Positions 40,208-49,110 of a DNA stretch of 64,000 nt are shown one piece after another. The position numbers were made by a program, and so were the translations under genes. Each line of letters opens with the position of its first letter. Within the stretch, counting starts at the first letter, position 1. The notes beneath the pieces are model-generated. The model had not been told where the DNA came from, searched no databases, and worked only from the letters and a program-made list of their open reading frames with translations. This DNA comes from Anaerohalosphaeraceae bacterium (lineage in GTDB: Bacteria; Planctomycetota; Phycisphaerae; Sedimentisphaerales; Anaerohalosphaeraceae): contig JBNRMN010000033.1 of NCBI GenBank assembly GCA_050309605.1, positions 96,001 through 160,000 of the forward strand, in the 5' to 3' direction.

Positions 40208-41848
40208 TTAAGATTTTGTCGAAAAATTCCGAATGACTTCGTTGATGGACGTGACTCCCATCGTCACCTTCTTAATGGATTGCTCCTGCATATAGAGCAT
40301 GCCCGCCTTGCGGAAGGCGGTGGCAATTTCCTGGGGCGACTTGGCGTTTTTAATCACCTCGCGCAAGTCATCGGTGATGCGAATGGTCTCAAACATCCCC
40401 GTGCGTCCGAAAAAGCCGGTGCCCTGGCATTTTTCGCAGACAATCGGTTTTCCGTGTTTGTCGTATTCGATTTCGCCGGGACGATAAAACATTCCCACTT
40501 CGTTGGCGGGTATATTGAATTTTTTGAACAGGGCCTGATTGGGCTGATAGGGTTGACGGCAGTCCGGACACAGGGTGCGCACCAGCCGCTGATTGAGGAT
40601 GGCCGTCAGCGTCTCGGCCACGAGGGCCTTGTCGCCGACCAGCTTCAGCCATTTTTCAATGGTTTGACTGACGCTTGACGCATCCAGTGTGGCGTAAACG
40701 ATGCGTCCGTCTTTGGCCGCGGCGCACGCCAGTTTGGCGCACTGGGCGTCCTCGCATTCTTCAATACCGACGATGTCAGGACCTCGCCGAAGCAATGTCT
40801 GAAACCGGCGGGAATACGTCGTGGTGCCGGTGTCGGTCATGGTAAAGACATTTTGCGTAATATTCTGCAGCTCGGCCGCGGGTGTTTTTTCAAGGGTATT
40901 GATGTTGTTCAGAAACGGGTCATGGTTGCCCAGCAGCGTATAAAGGGTGGTGGTTTTTCCGCTTTTGGGTGTCCCCGAAACAATGATGAGGCCGCCGCCT
41001 TCCAAGTCGCGCAGCGAACGAATCGATTCAAACTGATTTTCGTTGAGTCCCAGATCGTCGAGTTTGCGTGAAACCAACTCGGAAATCCGCTCCAGTCGGA
41101 CTTGTTCGCCGGCGGTTGACCCGGAGGTATTGACCTGCCATTCGGTCTTTAATTCTTTGTCTTTGATGGCTTTGAAACGGCCCTGCTGGGGTTTGCGTTT
41201 TTCTTCCACTTCCAGGCCGGCAAGCTGTTTGACGTAGTAAATAAAATTGTCTATTTCCTCTTTGGTTCGAGCCGGCTGCTTCATCGGAATGCCGTCGATC
41301 AGATAGACCACTGCATACTCGTCTTTCTGAGGGATGAGGCTGATCTCATCGGCGCGCCGCCAGATGGCATCGTCGAGAATCTCGCAGGTCAGCACGAACC
41401 CTTCCGCTTCGCGTGTTTTCGGCGCGGGCAGCGGCACTTCATTTTTATTGCCGGTCACAAAGGATATTCCCTGACTGAGTTTTTCGAGTTTTTTAGTCTC
41501 GTCAACCAGAAGTCCTTTGAGGTGTTCGGGTGTCAGTACCCGCTCAAAATCCGAGACGCGGGCGTTTCGGTGCACCACATACGCCACGGTGACCGACCCG
41601 ACACTGAGCAGATACAGCAGGAATCCGATAAGGAACGCCGGAATCAGCATCCATACCAGCAATGCGATGGCGCCGATGGCTGCGATGCCCGCCGTCCAGG
41701 CCTGTTTGTTGGTCCGCACGGCCTGTGAGTCGGTATGTACCCAGTTGACCAGCGGCATCCATCCGAAAAACGCCGCGGCCATCAGCACGCCTTTCCATGC
41801 TTCGATATACCCTCCGATATCCGAACCTGTTGCCAGCATACCACTCAT
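40208..41848 (-). CDS. PilB/GspE-like ATPase homologue with N-terminal TM helices and degenerate catalytic motifs
   Basis: EKRKPQ.GRF, GKTTTLY, QRLVR.LC..C, C..C.GTGF.GRTG.FE, G.TS..EV.R. Confidence 0.85.
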   Translation of the reverse strand: MSGMLATGSDIGGYIEAWKGVLMAAAFFGWMPLVNWVHTDSQAVRTNKQAWTAGIAAIGAIALLVWMLIPAFLIGFLLYLLSVGSVTVAYVVHRNARVSDFERVLTPEHLKGLLVDETKKLEKLSQGISFVTGNKNEVPLPAPKTREAEGFVLTCEILDDAIWRRADEISLIPQKDEYAVVYLIDGIPMKQPARTKEEIDNFIYYVKQLAGLEVEEKRKPQQGRFKAIKDKELKTEWQVNTSGSTAGEQVRLERISELVSRKLDDLGLNENQFESIRSLRDLEGGGLIIVSGTPKSGKTTTLYTLLGNHDPFLNNINTLEKTPAAELQNITQNVFTMTDTGTTTYSRRFQTLLRRGPDIVGIEECEDAQCAKLACAAAKDGRIVYATLDASSVSQTIEKWLKLVGDKALVAETLTAILNQRLVRTLCPDCRQPYQPNQALFKKFNIPANEVGMFYRPGEIEYDKHGKPIVCEKCQGTGFFGRTGMFETIRITDDLREVIKNAKSPQEIATAFRKAGMLYMQEQSIKKVTMGVTSINEVIRNFSTKS

Positions 41849-41968
41849 CGTCTTGACTCCAAAACCTTATCTTGCATTTGTTTTGCCTGCGGCTGTATTG
41901 ATTGTTGACATGGGATGCGTACTCCGGTCGAGGCCGATAATGGGGCGATGCCCCGCCGCGTCTGAGCG

Positions 41969-43099
41969 TTACAGAATTCCGCTTGCACCGGAACGAATCC
42001 CTTTCATTGCCATCTTCAATTCTTCGACATTCGGTGCATATTCCAGCGCCTTTTTCAAATCGATGTATTCTTCTTCGACAAGGCGGCGCAGGCTTTCGGT
42101 AAAGTCCTGCATCCCTTCGCCTTCGCCGGCGCGAATCGCCGCCGGAAGGTCGGACTCACGCTCTTCGCGAATCAGCTTACGCACAATCGGCGTGTTAATC
42201 ATAATTTCCACCGCCGGAACCCGCGGCACATCGGGGCGGATGCCCGGCAGAAGCTGCTGGCTAATGACTGCACGAATGGTCAGCGCAAAGGTCTGACGCG
42301 CCAAGTCTCGCTCTTCCTGCGGGAACATGTCCAAAACACGCTGTATTGTCTGCGAACAATTGTTGGAGTGAAGTGTTCCGAACACCAAGTGTCCGGTTTC
42401 AGCCGCCCGCATCGCAGCGGTCAGGGTCTCGTTGTCTCGGATCTCACCCACCAGTACCACATCCGGGTCCTGACGCATCATACTGCGAAGCGCCTCATCA
42501 AAATTCGGTACGTCAATGCCGATTTCACGCTGGGAGACGATGGATTTTTTGTCCACGTGCAGAAATTCAAGCGGGTCTTCAATCGTTACAATGTGAGCGG
42601 CCGTGGTGCTGTTGATGTGGTCAATCATTGAGGCAATGGTGGTACTCTTGCCCGATCCGGTCGGCCCGGTTACAAGAATCATTCCGTCGTGGCTTTCGGC
42701 GATTTTTTCCACAACGGGCGGGACATGCAGCGTTTCGAACGGAGGAATGCGCCCGCTGATCCGCCGGGCGGCCATGCTCACAAAACTGCGCTGACGAAAG
42801 GCGTTGATACGAAACCGATCCATTTCGCCTACCTGATAGGCAAAATCCAGCGCCCCGTGTTCGAGAAAGTACTGCTTCTGAGCCGGACTCAAAATCTCAA
42901 AGACAAGCTGCTCAATACGTTCCTCGGTCATTACTTCGCCGGTGGTACTTTTCAGTTTGCTGTGGATACGAAGTTTGGGAGGCATTCCGACTTTCAGGTG
43001 GAGGTCACTGGCGTCCGCTTTGATGGCCGCGCGAAACAGCTTTTCGATCTCCGGCGCCTTGTCGGCATGAACATGCGTATCCAGAGGTTGGTTTTTCAT
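41969..43099 (-). CDS. pilT: Type IV pilus retraction ATPase PilT/PilU family
   Basis: ASDLHL, RFRIN.F, VTGPTGSGKSTT, TIEDP.E, RQDPDV.LVGEIRD, ETGHLVFGTLH, GMQ; AGGAG RBS. Confidence 0.88.
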   Translation of the reverse strand: MKNQPLDTHVHADKAPEIEKLFRAAIKADASDLHLKVGMPPKLRIHSKLKSTTGEVMTEERIEQLVFEILSPAQKQYFLEHGALDFAYQVGEMDRFRINAFRQRSFVSMAARRISGRIPPFETLHVPPVVEKIAESHDGMILVTGPTGSGKSTTIASMIDHINSTTAAHIVTIEDPLEFLHVDKKSIVSQREIGIDVPNFDEALRSMMRQDPDVVLVGEIRDNETLTAAMRAAETGHLVFGTLHSNNCSQTIQRVLDMFPQEERDLARQTFALTIRAVISQQLLPGIRPDVPRVPAVEIMINTPIVRKLIREERESDLPAAIRAGEGEGMQDFTESLRRLVEEEYIDLKKALEYAPNVEELKMAMKGIRSGASGIL

Positions 43100-43374
43100 A
43101 TCGACTCTCCTGACGGCTGACAATTTTACAGATAACAGATGTATTAAGCCTTATATATAGTGCTGTTGCAATCAGCCCCTGTTTTTTCAAAGGCAATTGA
43201 CAGGCCAAAACCTTTATTATGCAATGACAGCCTTGTTCTGTCAATGCAGCAATCCGGATTTATTGGAAAAGAGGATGTTTCTTTTCGTTATAAAATCCTT
43301 TACCGTCGGAGCGAATTGGGGTAAAATACAGGTGAAAAGGCAGATTTGTTGTGATACTGGATAAGGAATAGTCA

Positions 43375-44019
43375 ATGAAAAGGCAGATAACGGTTCTGAT
43401 GATCGGGTTAATGGGGCTTTCGGCTGTTGGGGATGCGGCTTTTCCCACACCGGCGATTGTTCAAAAGCCGACTGAATGGACGCTTTCCGTCCAGTTTGAA
43501 CATCCCCGTCAAATAACGCTGCGTGTACCGGGGCGTCAGGGGCCGGAGCGTTTTTGGTACCTCATTCTGTCGCTGACCAACGACAGCGTCCATGCGGATG
43601 TGCCGTTTGTCCCGACCTGCGAGCTGGTCACGGATAATTTTGAGATTATCCCCGCCGGGTTTGGCATTCCCAAAGGTGTCTTTGAGACGATCAAGCTCAG
43701 ACACCAGGGCAGCTATCCGTTTCTTGAATCGCTGGATTTTAAGGATAACCGGATTCGTCGCGGGGCGGACAACACGCGGGATTTTGTCGTTATCTGGAAA
43801 GATTTTAACCTCAAAGCCAGCGAAGTCAGTTTTTTTATAGCAGGGTTGAGCAATGAAACGACAGCGATTTTGCATCCGACTCGGACCGACGAAGAAGGCA
43901 GCCCCGTTAAGGTGTTTCTGCAAAAGACTCTTCAACTCCGCTATAATGTCGGCGCCGACGCCGCCCGGCGCGATCGGGCTTCTCTTGAATTGATCGGGCG
44001 GGAATGGGTCATGCGGTAA
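43375..44019 (+). CDS. Hypothetical exported protein
   Basis: Signal peptide, AAGGA RBS, 214 aa predicted beta-rich. Confidence 0.7.
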   Translation: MKRQITVLMIGLMGLSAVGDAAFPTPAIVQKPTEWTLSVQFEHPRQITLRVPGRQGPERFWYLILSLTNDSVHADVPFVPTCELVTDNFEIIPAGFGIPKGVFETIKLRHQGSYPFLESLDFKDNRIRRGADNTRDFVVIWKDFNLKASEVSFFIAGLSNETTAILHPTRTDEEGSPVKVFLQKTLQLRYNVGADAARRDRASLELIGREWVMR

Positions 44020-44025
44020 ATTGTC

Positions 44026-44067
44026 TCGGAGGTCAGAAGCCAGAAGCCAGAAGACAGAAGTAAGAAT
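44026..44067 (+). repeat. 7-bp tandem array (NCAGAAG) just after a stop codon
   Basis: TCGGAGG TCAGAAG CCAGAAG CCAGAAG ACAGAAG TAAGAAT; a decayed complementary unit ATTTCTG at 44081. Confidence 0.75.
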
Positions 44068-44104
44068 GGCGGCATCGGTCATTTCTGAAATTCAATCGTC
44101 CGGC

Positions 44105-45310
44105 TCAGGCGTTGTGGGTGCGTTTGCAGCGGGGACAGCGGACGGTTCGGTCTTTGTAATCCGGCGGCAGTTTAAGCCGCAACCCGCAGGTACAGGGGAT
44201 GAAGGTAAAGCCGTTGACCTTGCGCATAATATCGCCGACTTGGCGCTGTGAATGTTTCGGAGAAACGGGCTGAGCGGAGGCGTCGCCTTGACGCAGGCCG
44301 ACTTCTTCATCGGGTTTGACTGCTGAGGGGGGGATAACGCTGCCCCGATGGGTCACCTGTTCGAATGCCTGGTTATAATCTCGATACCCGGCCCCGTGAG
44401 CCATAGTGTGCAAAATCCGAATGCGTTCTTCGATAGGCGGGTGTGTACTGAACAGATTCATTGCCTTTTTGCCGCGGAAGGGGTTGGCGATATACATCGG
44501 CGCGGTAGCTTTGTTGGCCGATTCCATTGAAATGTTGGTTCCGGCGATCTTTTCCAGCGCCCCGGCCAGCCCGTGCGGATACCGGGTCAGCCGGACCGCC
44601 CCGGCATCGGCCAGATACTCCCGTTTGCGCGACAGACTGAAATACAAAATCTGGGCAAACAGCGGCGCCAAAATGGCCGCGACAATCGCCAATACCATGA
44701 TCAGCGCCTGCGCTCCGCCGCCGCCACGCGACCGTGAGGAATAGCGTCGCCCGCCCAACGCACTGTAAAACATCCCGCGCAAAAAAACCTGGCTCAGCAG
44801 CACAATCGCTCCGAGCATCACGCCGGCCACCGTGACATACAAGATGTCGCGATGAAGGATATGGCTGATTTCGTGGGCGATGACACCCTGCAATTCGTCG
44901 CGGTTGAGTTTGCCCAGCAGTCCGGCGGTCACCGCCACCGAGGCGTTTTCGGGGTTGCGGCCGGTGGCGAAGGCGTTCGGGGCCGGGTCATTGATGATGT
45001 ATATTTTCGGCATCTTCGGCAGATTGGCCGCGATGGTCATCTCTTCAACGATGTTAAACAGTTGCGGATGGACTTCTTCGGTGACCCGCTGCGCCCGACT
45101 GGAAGCCAGCAGAATCTGATCGCCGCCATACAGACTGACCAGCATCATCACCAGCCAGACGCAGGTGGCAATGAAAATGCCGATCCAGCCGGCATCCGGA
45201 CCGCCCCCGAAGGCGAATCCGAGCATAAACCCCAGTCCGCACAGCACCACCCCCATCAGGCCGAGCAGTATGACCGAATTCCGTTTATTGACGCGAATTT
45301 GTTCCCACAT
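44105..45310 (-). CDS. htpX: HtpX-like M48 membrane zinc metalloprotease with a C-terminal Zn-ribbon extension
   Basis: PNAFATG, V.VT.GLL, HEISH, SR.REY.AD, STHPP..ERI; tail CTCG...CPRC. Confidence 0.9.
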   Translation of the reverse strand: MWEQIRVNKRNSVILLGLMGVVLCGLGFMLGFAFGGGPDAGWIGIFIATCVWLVMMLVSLYGGDQILLASSRAQRVTEEVHPQLFNIVEEMTIAANLPKMPKIYIINDPAPNAFATGRNPENASVAVTAGLLGKLNRDELQGVIAHEISHILHRDILYVTVAGVMLGAIVLLSQVFLRGMFYSALGGRRYSSRSRGGGGAQALIMVLAIVAAILAPLFAQILYFSLSRKREYLADAGAVRLTRYPHGLAGALEKIAGTNISMESANKATAPMYIANPFRGKKAMNLFSTHPPIEERIRILHTMAHGAGYRDYNQAFEQVTHRGSVIPPSAVKPDEEVGLRQGDASAQPVSPKHSQRQVGDIMRKVNGFTFIPCTCGLRLKLPPDYKDRTVRCPRCKRTHNA

Positions 45311-45351
45311 AGTATTAGTTTTAAGTTTTAAGTTTTGAGTTTTGAGTTGTT
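45311..45351 (+). repeat. 7-bp tandem array (AGTTTTN x5), left arm of an inverted pair
   Basis: AGTATT AGTTTTA AGTTTTA AGTTTTG AGTTTTG AGTTGTT, abutting the htpX start codon. Confidence 0.85.
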
Positions 45352-45701
45352 GTATTGCCTGTTTTTACGATGCTGGTCAACATTTTTATCAATTCTTTGC
45401 GCTCATTAAGCAGAGAGGTTGACTGTTTGTCGGTCAGAATATCACAATCCGTTAATAATCTTATCCAATAATGCGTTTCTCTGGCCTCCTTCGATGCGAT
45501 TGCCATTTTGTAAAAAATTTCTTTTCGACTGTGGCTGGCGGCGGCCTCTTCGACATTCGCGCCGATGCCGGTTCACGAACGGATCAATTGTCCTGAAAGT
45601 TCATAATGCTGTTTGTCTTTTAACCATAAGCTGAGTTTCACAATGCGAACTGCAAAATGATAACTTTTTTCACGCACCGTATGCCCTGCCTGTACAGTCA
45701 T
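45321..45701 (-). pseudogene. Four-helix-bundle protein (23S rRNA IVS protein / TIGR02436-like) with an in-frame nonsense codon
   Basis: Hand translation: MTVQAGHTVREKSYHFAVRIVKL...ELSGQLIRS*TGIGANVEEA...KMAIASKEARETHYWIRLL...KELIKMLTSIVKT. TGA at 45573-45575 (codon 43) sits where the family motif QL.RSGTSIGANV.EA has Gly. Confidence 0.88.
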
Positions 45702-45718
45702 TTATCCGACTCAGCACA

Positions 45719-45774
45719 AAAACTAAAAACTAAAAACTAAACACTAAAAACTAAAAACTAAAAACTAAGAACTA
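45719..45774 (+). repeat. 7-bp tandem array (AAAACTA x8), right arm of an inverted pair
   Basis: AAAACTA x3, AACACTA, AAAACTA x3, AGAACTA; the last CTA is the lemA stop codon. Confidence 0.92.
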
Positions 45775-46326
45775 AAATTTAACCTGCGGCACGCTGCGTT
45801 CCGCTTCGTTTTCAATTTCAAAGTAATCGCGTTTGGTGAAATTGAACATCCCGGCAACCAGATTCGACGGGAACATCTGGATTTTATTGTTATAGAACAG
45901 CACCTGGTCGTTGTAGCCCTGGCGTGCGAAGGCGATTTTGTTTTCGGTACTGGTCAGGGTTTCCTGCAGCGACAGGAAATTCTGATTGGCCTTCAGGTCG
46001 GGATAGTTTTCCACGACCAGCATGAACTTGCTCAGCGCCTCGGTCAGTTGCCCCTCGGCCTTGGAGGCCTCGGCAACGCTGTGCGCCCCCATGGCTTTGC
46101 TGCGGGCCTCGGTGATTTTCTCAAACGTCTCCCGCTCGTGTGTCATATAGCCTTTGGCGGTTTCGACCAGATTGGGGATCAAATCGTGTCGCCGCTTGAG
46201 CTGGACGTCGATCTGCGACCAGGCGTTGTCCACCTGATTGCGCAGCCGGACAAGAGCATTGTAAATACCGATAAACAACACCACCAAAAGAACAAGAACA
46301 ATCAGCGCGGTAATTATGCCTGCCAT
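45772..46326 (-). CDS. lemA: LemA family protein
   Basis: N-terminal TM, YN.LV.LRN.V.NAWSQIDVQLKRR.DLIPNLVE, ENYPDLKA, ENKIAFARQ.YN, FPSN. Confidence 0.95.
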   Translation of the reverse strand: MAGIITALIVLVLLVVLFIGIYNALVRLRNQVDNAWSQIDVQLKRRHDLIPNLVETAKGYMTHERETFEKITEARSKAMGAHSVAEASKAEGQLTEALSKFMLVVENYPDLKANQNFLSLQETLTSTENKIAFARQGYNDQVLFYNNKIQMFPSNLVAGMFNFTKRDYFEIENEAERSVPQVKF

Positions 46327-46419
46327 TTCTTCAGCTCCTGAAAAAGTGAACATTTGGGTTTCGGCTTATGCTTTACAGATGAAAAACGGTGCACTCTGTT
46401 GCACTTGTGTTGCGGAAAT

Positions 46420-46809
46420 TCAGTCTTCCGGCGGGTACATTTCGCGCAACAGATTAGCCACCTTGCCTTCCGGATCAAACGACCCCTGTTCAAGCACGTC
46501 AATCAATTCGCCTCGGTCAAACCACAGGCCGTGTGATTTGGGGCAGCGATCGATCAGCACGGCCTTTTCACCATGTCCGATGAGCACTTTCTGCATCGAT
46601 TTTCGACAGATAGGGCACGGCCGCAGCGTTTCATCGGTATCGGCCGGCTGAAAGGAGCCCAGCAAACGCCGTGTCCGCTCGGCATCTTCCAATAGGATTT
46701 CAAGTTCTCCGGCGTCCAGCCAAATCCCTTGACATTCCGTGCAATAATCCGTTTCGACCTCATCCAGCTCGAAAACGATCATCGGCGTTCGGCAAACAGG
46801 GCACTCCAT
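46420..46809 (-). CDS. Double zf-TFIIB-type zinc-ribbon protein
   Basis: CPVC...DYC..C.GIWLD.GEL, repeated as CPIC...DRCP..HGLWFD.GEL. Confidence 0.88.
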   Translation of the reverse strand: MECPVCRTPMIVFELDEVETDYCTECQGIWLDAGELEILLEDAERTRRLLGSFQPADTDETLRPCPICRKSMQKVLIGHGEKAVLIDRCPKSHGLWFDRGELIDVLEQGSFDPEGKVANLLREMYPPED

Positions 46810-46842
46810 AGCGGTTATCCTTATAACTAACGTTAATACCCT

Positions 46843-46870
46843 ATCTTAGCGAGGCATTTCGACCTGTCAA
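46843..46870 (-). promoter_or_regulatory. Sigma70-type promoter for the Zn-ribbon/lemA/htpX operon
   Basis: TTGACA-16 nt-TAAGAT. Confidence 0.55.
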
Positions 46871-46924
46871 GCAAATCCCGCCGCCCGTGCCGAAGAAATT
46901 TTTACAAATTATTCCTTCAAACTA

Positions 46925-46953
46925 TTGACAATTTTTGTCGATTGTGGTATAGA
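46925..46953 (+). promoter_or_regulatory. Sigma70-type promoter upstream of the long ilvB leader
   Basis: TTGACA-17 nt-TATAGA with extended TG. Confidence 0.65.
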
Positions 46954-47186
46954 ACAAGGATTGTGACAAAGTCGTATCGACGAAACAACGACGCGGCTTT
47001 GGCCTGAGACACGACAATTAAAGAGTGTGGTTTTGGTTCTGCGGTCGGGGCAATTGAACCCGTCCGGATCAGTTTGTTCGCTCGGAGCGAGCAAGCGGGT
47101 CGGTCGGTCAACGCTCATTACCCCGCGGACACTGGAATAACGAAATGTTTATCAGGAATAGGGACAATTTAGTTTCTCCACGACGG

Positions 47187-47215
47187 ATCCGTCTTATCGG
47201 AGACGGGTGTTTTTT
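47187..47215 (+). terminator. Intrinsic terminator (candidate attenuator) in the ilvB leader
   Basis: ATCCGTCT-tatcgg-AGACGGGT followed by GTTTTTT, 170 nt upstream of ilvB. Confidence 0.6.
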
Positions 47216-47384
47216 GCCTTTCCACTATCCCATTCCCGAACAATTGCTGCGCCCGCTGTGCGGCTTGTGCGGCCTCTTTCCTGTGCGGCGTTCCGCGCCG
47301 CCTGCCTTGCTCAAATCGATTGAACGAATGTGGTATCTATAATGTGAATTATTTTTGAAATTCACCTTTTTTGCGGAGAATAAT

Positions 47385-49103
47385 ATGATTAAAAACAAAA
47401 CAACCCCTCAAGACGGCATCGTCTATAAACCCGGAAGCCAGGTGATGGTCGATATGCTTTTGGAGCAAGGCGTCGAAGTGATGTTCGGCTATCTGGGCGG
47501 GGTGGTGCTGCCGTTTTTTGATAAGCTGTATGATGCGCCGATCAAGTTCATCATCCCCCGCCATGAGCAGGGCGGCTGTCATATGGCTGATGCGTATGCC
47601 CGCGCGACGGGCAAGGTCGGCGTGGTGGTGGCCACCTCCGGCCCGGGCGCGACCAATCTGACGACGGGGCTGGCCACGGCGATGATGGACTCGGTGCCCC
47701 TGGTCGCCATCACGGGGCAGGTGCGGACCGACCTGATCGGAAACGACGCCTTTCAGGAGGCCGATACCACCGGCATCACCCGACCGGTGACCAAGCATAA
47801 TGTCATCGTCAAAGATCCCAACGAGCTGGCCCAGGCGATCCGTGAGGCGTTCTATATTGCTCAAACCGGACGTCCGGGGCCGGTTTTAGTGGATGTGCCG
47901 GTCAATATGCAGATTGCGCAATGTCCGATCCCGCCCAAAAGCGAAATTGAACTGCCGGGGTACAAAGTGCGCTATCAGGGACATTCCCGTCAGATCGCCA
48001 ACGCGGCCCGGGCCATCAATGAATCCAAAAAGCCGGTGCTGTATATCGGCGGCGGGGTCATTCTCTCCGGTGCGTCCGACGCCCTGCGGCAGTTTGCCCA
48101 AAAGGCCAATATCCCCGTTACGATGACGCTGATGGGGCTGGGCGCCTACGATCAGGCGCGGCCTGAATCGCTGGATATGCTGGGCATGCACGGCTCGGCG
48201 TACGCCAATTATGCGGTGCAGAATTGCGATTTGCTGATTTCGGTCGGGGCGCGGTTTGATGACCGTGTGACCGGTTCGCTGAAGACCTTTGCGCCGCATG
48301 CCAAAATCATTCATATTGACATGGATCCGGCCAGTATATCCAAAAACGTGAATGTGGATATTCCGGTCGTCGGCGACGCCCGCGAGGTACTCGAAGCCAT
48401 GATGACCATGGTGGAGTATCGGCCGCGCAAAGAGTGGTTCGAGCAGATCGCCTCCTGGAAGGCCAAGCACCCGTTCCGTTACGATCGCAGCGCCGAGGTC
48501 ATCAAACCGCAGTATGTGATTGAAGAGCTGCACCGTCAAACGCAGGGCAACGCCGTGATCTGCACCGGCGTCGGCCAGCACCAGATGTGGGCGGCGCAGT
48601 TCTACAAATTCAACCATCCGCGGCAGTTGATCACGTCCGGCGGACTGGGGACAATGGGCTTTGGTCTGCCGGCGGCCATCGGCGCCAAATTGGGCTGCCC
48701 CGACCAGACGGTCATCGACATTGACGGCGACAGCAGCTTTAATATGACGCTGACCGAGCTTTCCACGGCCGTCATGTACGACCTGCCGATCAAGGTCTGC
48801 CTGCTCAATAACGGCTTTATGGGGATGGTGCGCCAGTGGCAGGAGCTGTTTTACGGCCGGCGCTATTCGCAGAGCTGCCTTCAGAATCCGGATTTTGCAC
48901 GACTGGCCGAGGCGTTCGGGGTTGTCGGCATCACCGTCGATAAAAAAGACCAGGTGCCTGCGGCAATCGAAAAGATGCTCGAAGAAACCCGTCCGGTCGT
49001 GGTTGATTTTCATGTGGATCCGGAAGAAAACGTCTGGCCGATGGTCCCGGCCGGCAAGAGTCTGCACGAAATGGACGGGCTGGACATTTTTGAAATGGCG
49101 TAA
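47385..49103 (+). CDS. ilvB: Acetolactate synthase large subunit
   Basis: RHEQG..HMADAYAR.TGK, TSGPGATN, DAFQE.D, LGMHG, GARFDDRVTG, SGGLGTMGFGLPAAIGA, DGD.SF, GMVRQWQ. Confidence 0.97.
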   Translation: MIKNKTTPQDGIVYKPGSQVMVDMLLEQGVEVMFGYLGGVVLPFFDKLYDAPIKFIIPRHEQGGCHMADAYARATGKVGVVVATSGPGATNLTTGLATAMMDSVPLVAITGQVRTDLIGNDAFQEADTTGITRPVTKHNVIVKDPNELAQAIREAFYIAQTGRPGPVLVDVPVNMQIAQCPIPPKSEIELPGYKVRYQGHSRQIANAARAINESKKPVLYIGGGVILSGASDALRQFAQKANIPVTMTLMGLGAYDQARPESLDMLGMHGSAYANYAVQNCDLLISVGARFDDRVTGSLKTFAPHAKIIHIDMDPASISKNVNVDIPVVGDAREVLEAMMTMVEYRPRKEWFEQIASWKAKHPFRYDRSAEVIKPQYVIEELHRQTQGNAVICTGVGQHQMWAAQFYKFNHPRQLITSGGLGTMGFGLPAAIGAKLGCPDQTVIDIDGDSSFNMTLTELSTAVMYDLPIKVCLLNNGFMGMVRQWQELFYGRRYSQSCLQNPDFARLAEAFGVVGITVDKKDQVPAAIEKMLEETRPVVVDFHVDPEENVWPMVPAGKSLHEMDGLDIFEMA

Positions 49104-49110
49104 GAAAAAA

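Noticed and set aside
45573..45575. In-frame TGA as Gly recoding or selenocysteine
   Set aside because: TGA is an ordinary stop in many genes here (uvrB, greA, nadC). The site corresponds to Gly rather than Cys, and a single GGA-to-TGA change explains it. A sequencing error cannot be excluded.
45321..45701. Diversity-generating retroelement (Avd-like accessory gene)
   Set aside because: No reverse transcriptase and no template/variable repeat pair in the window.
47000..47220. T-box riboswitch upstream of ilvB
   Set aside because: No GGTGGNACC T-box consensus before the terminator.
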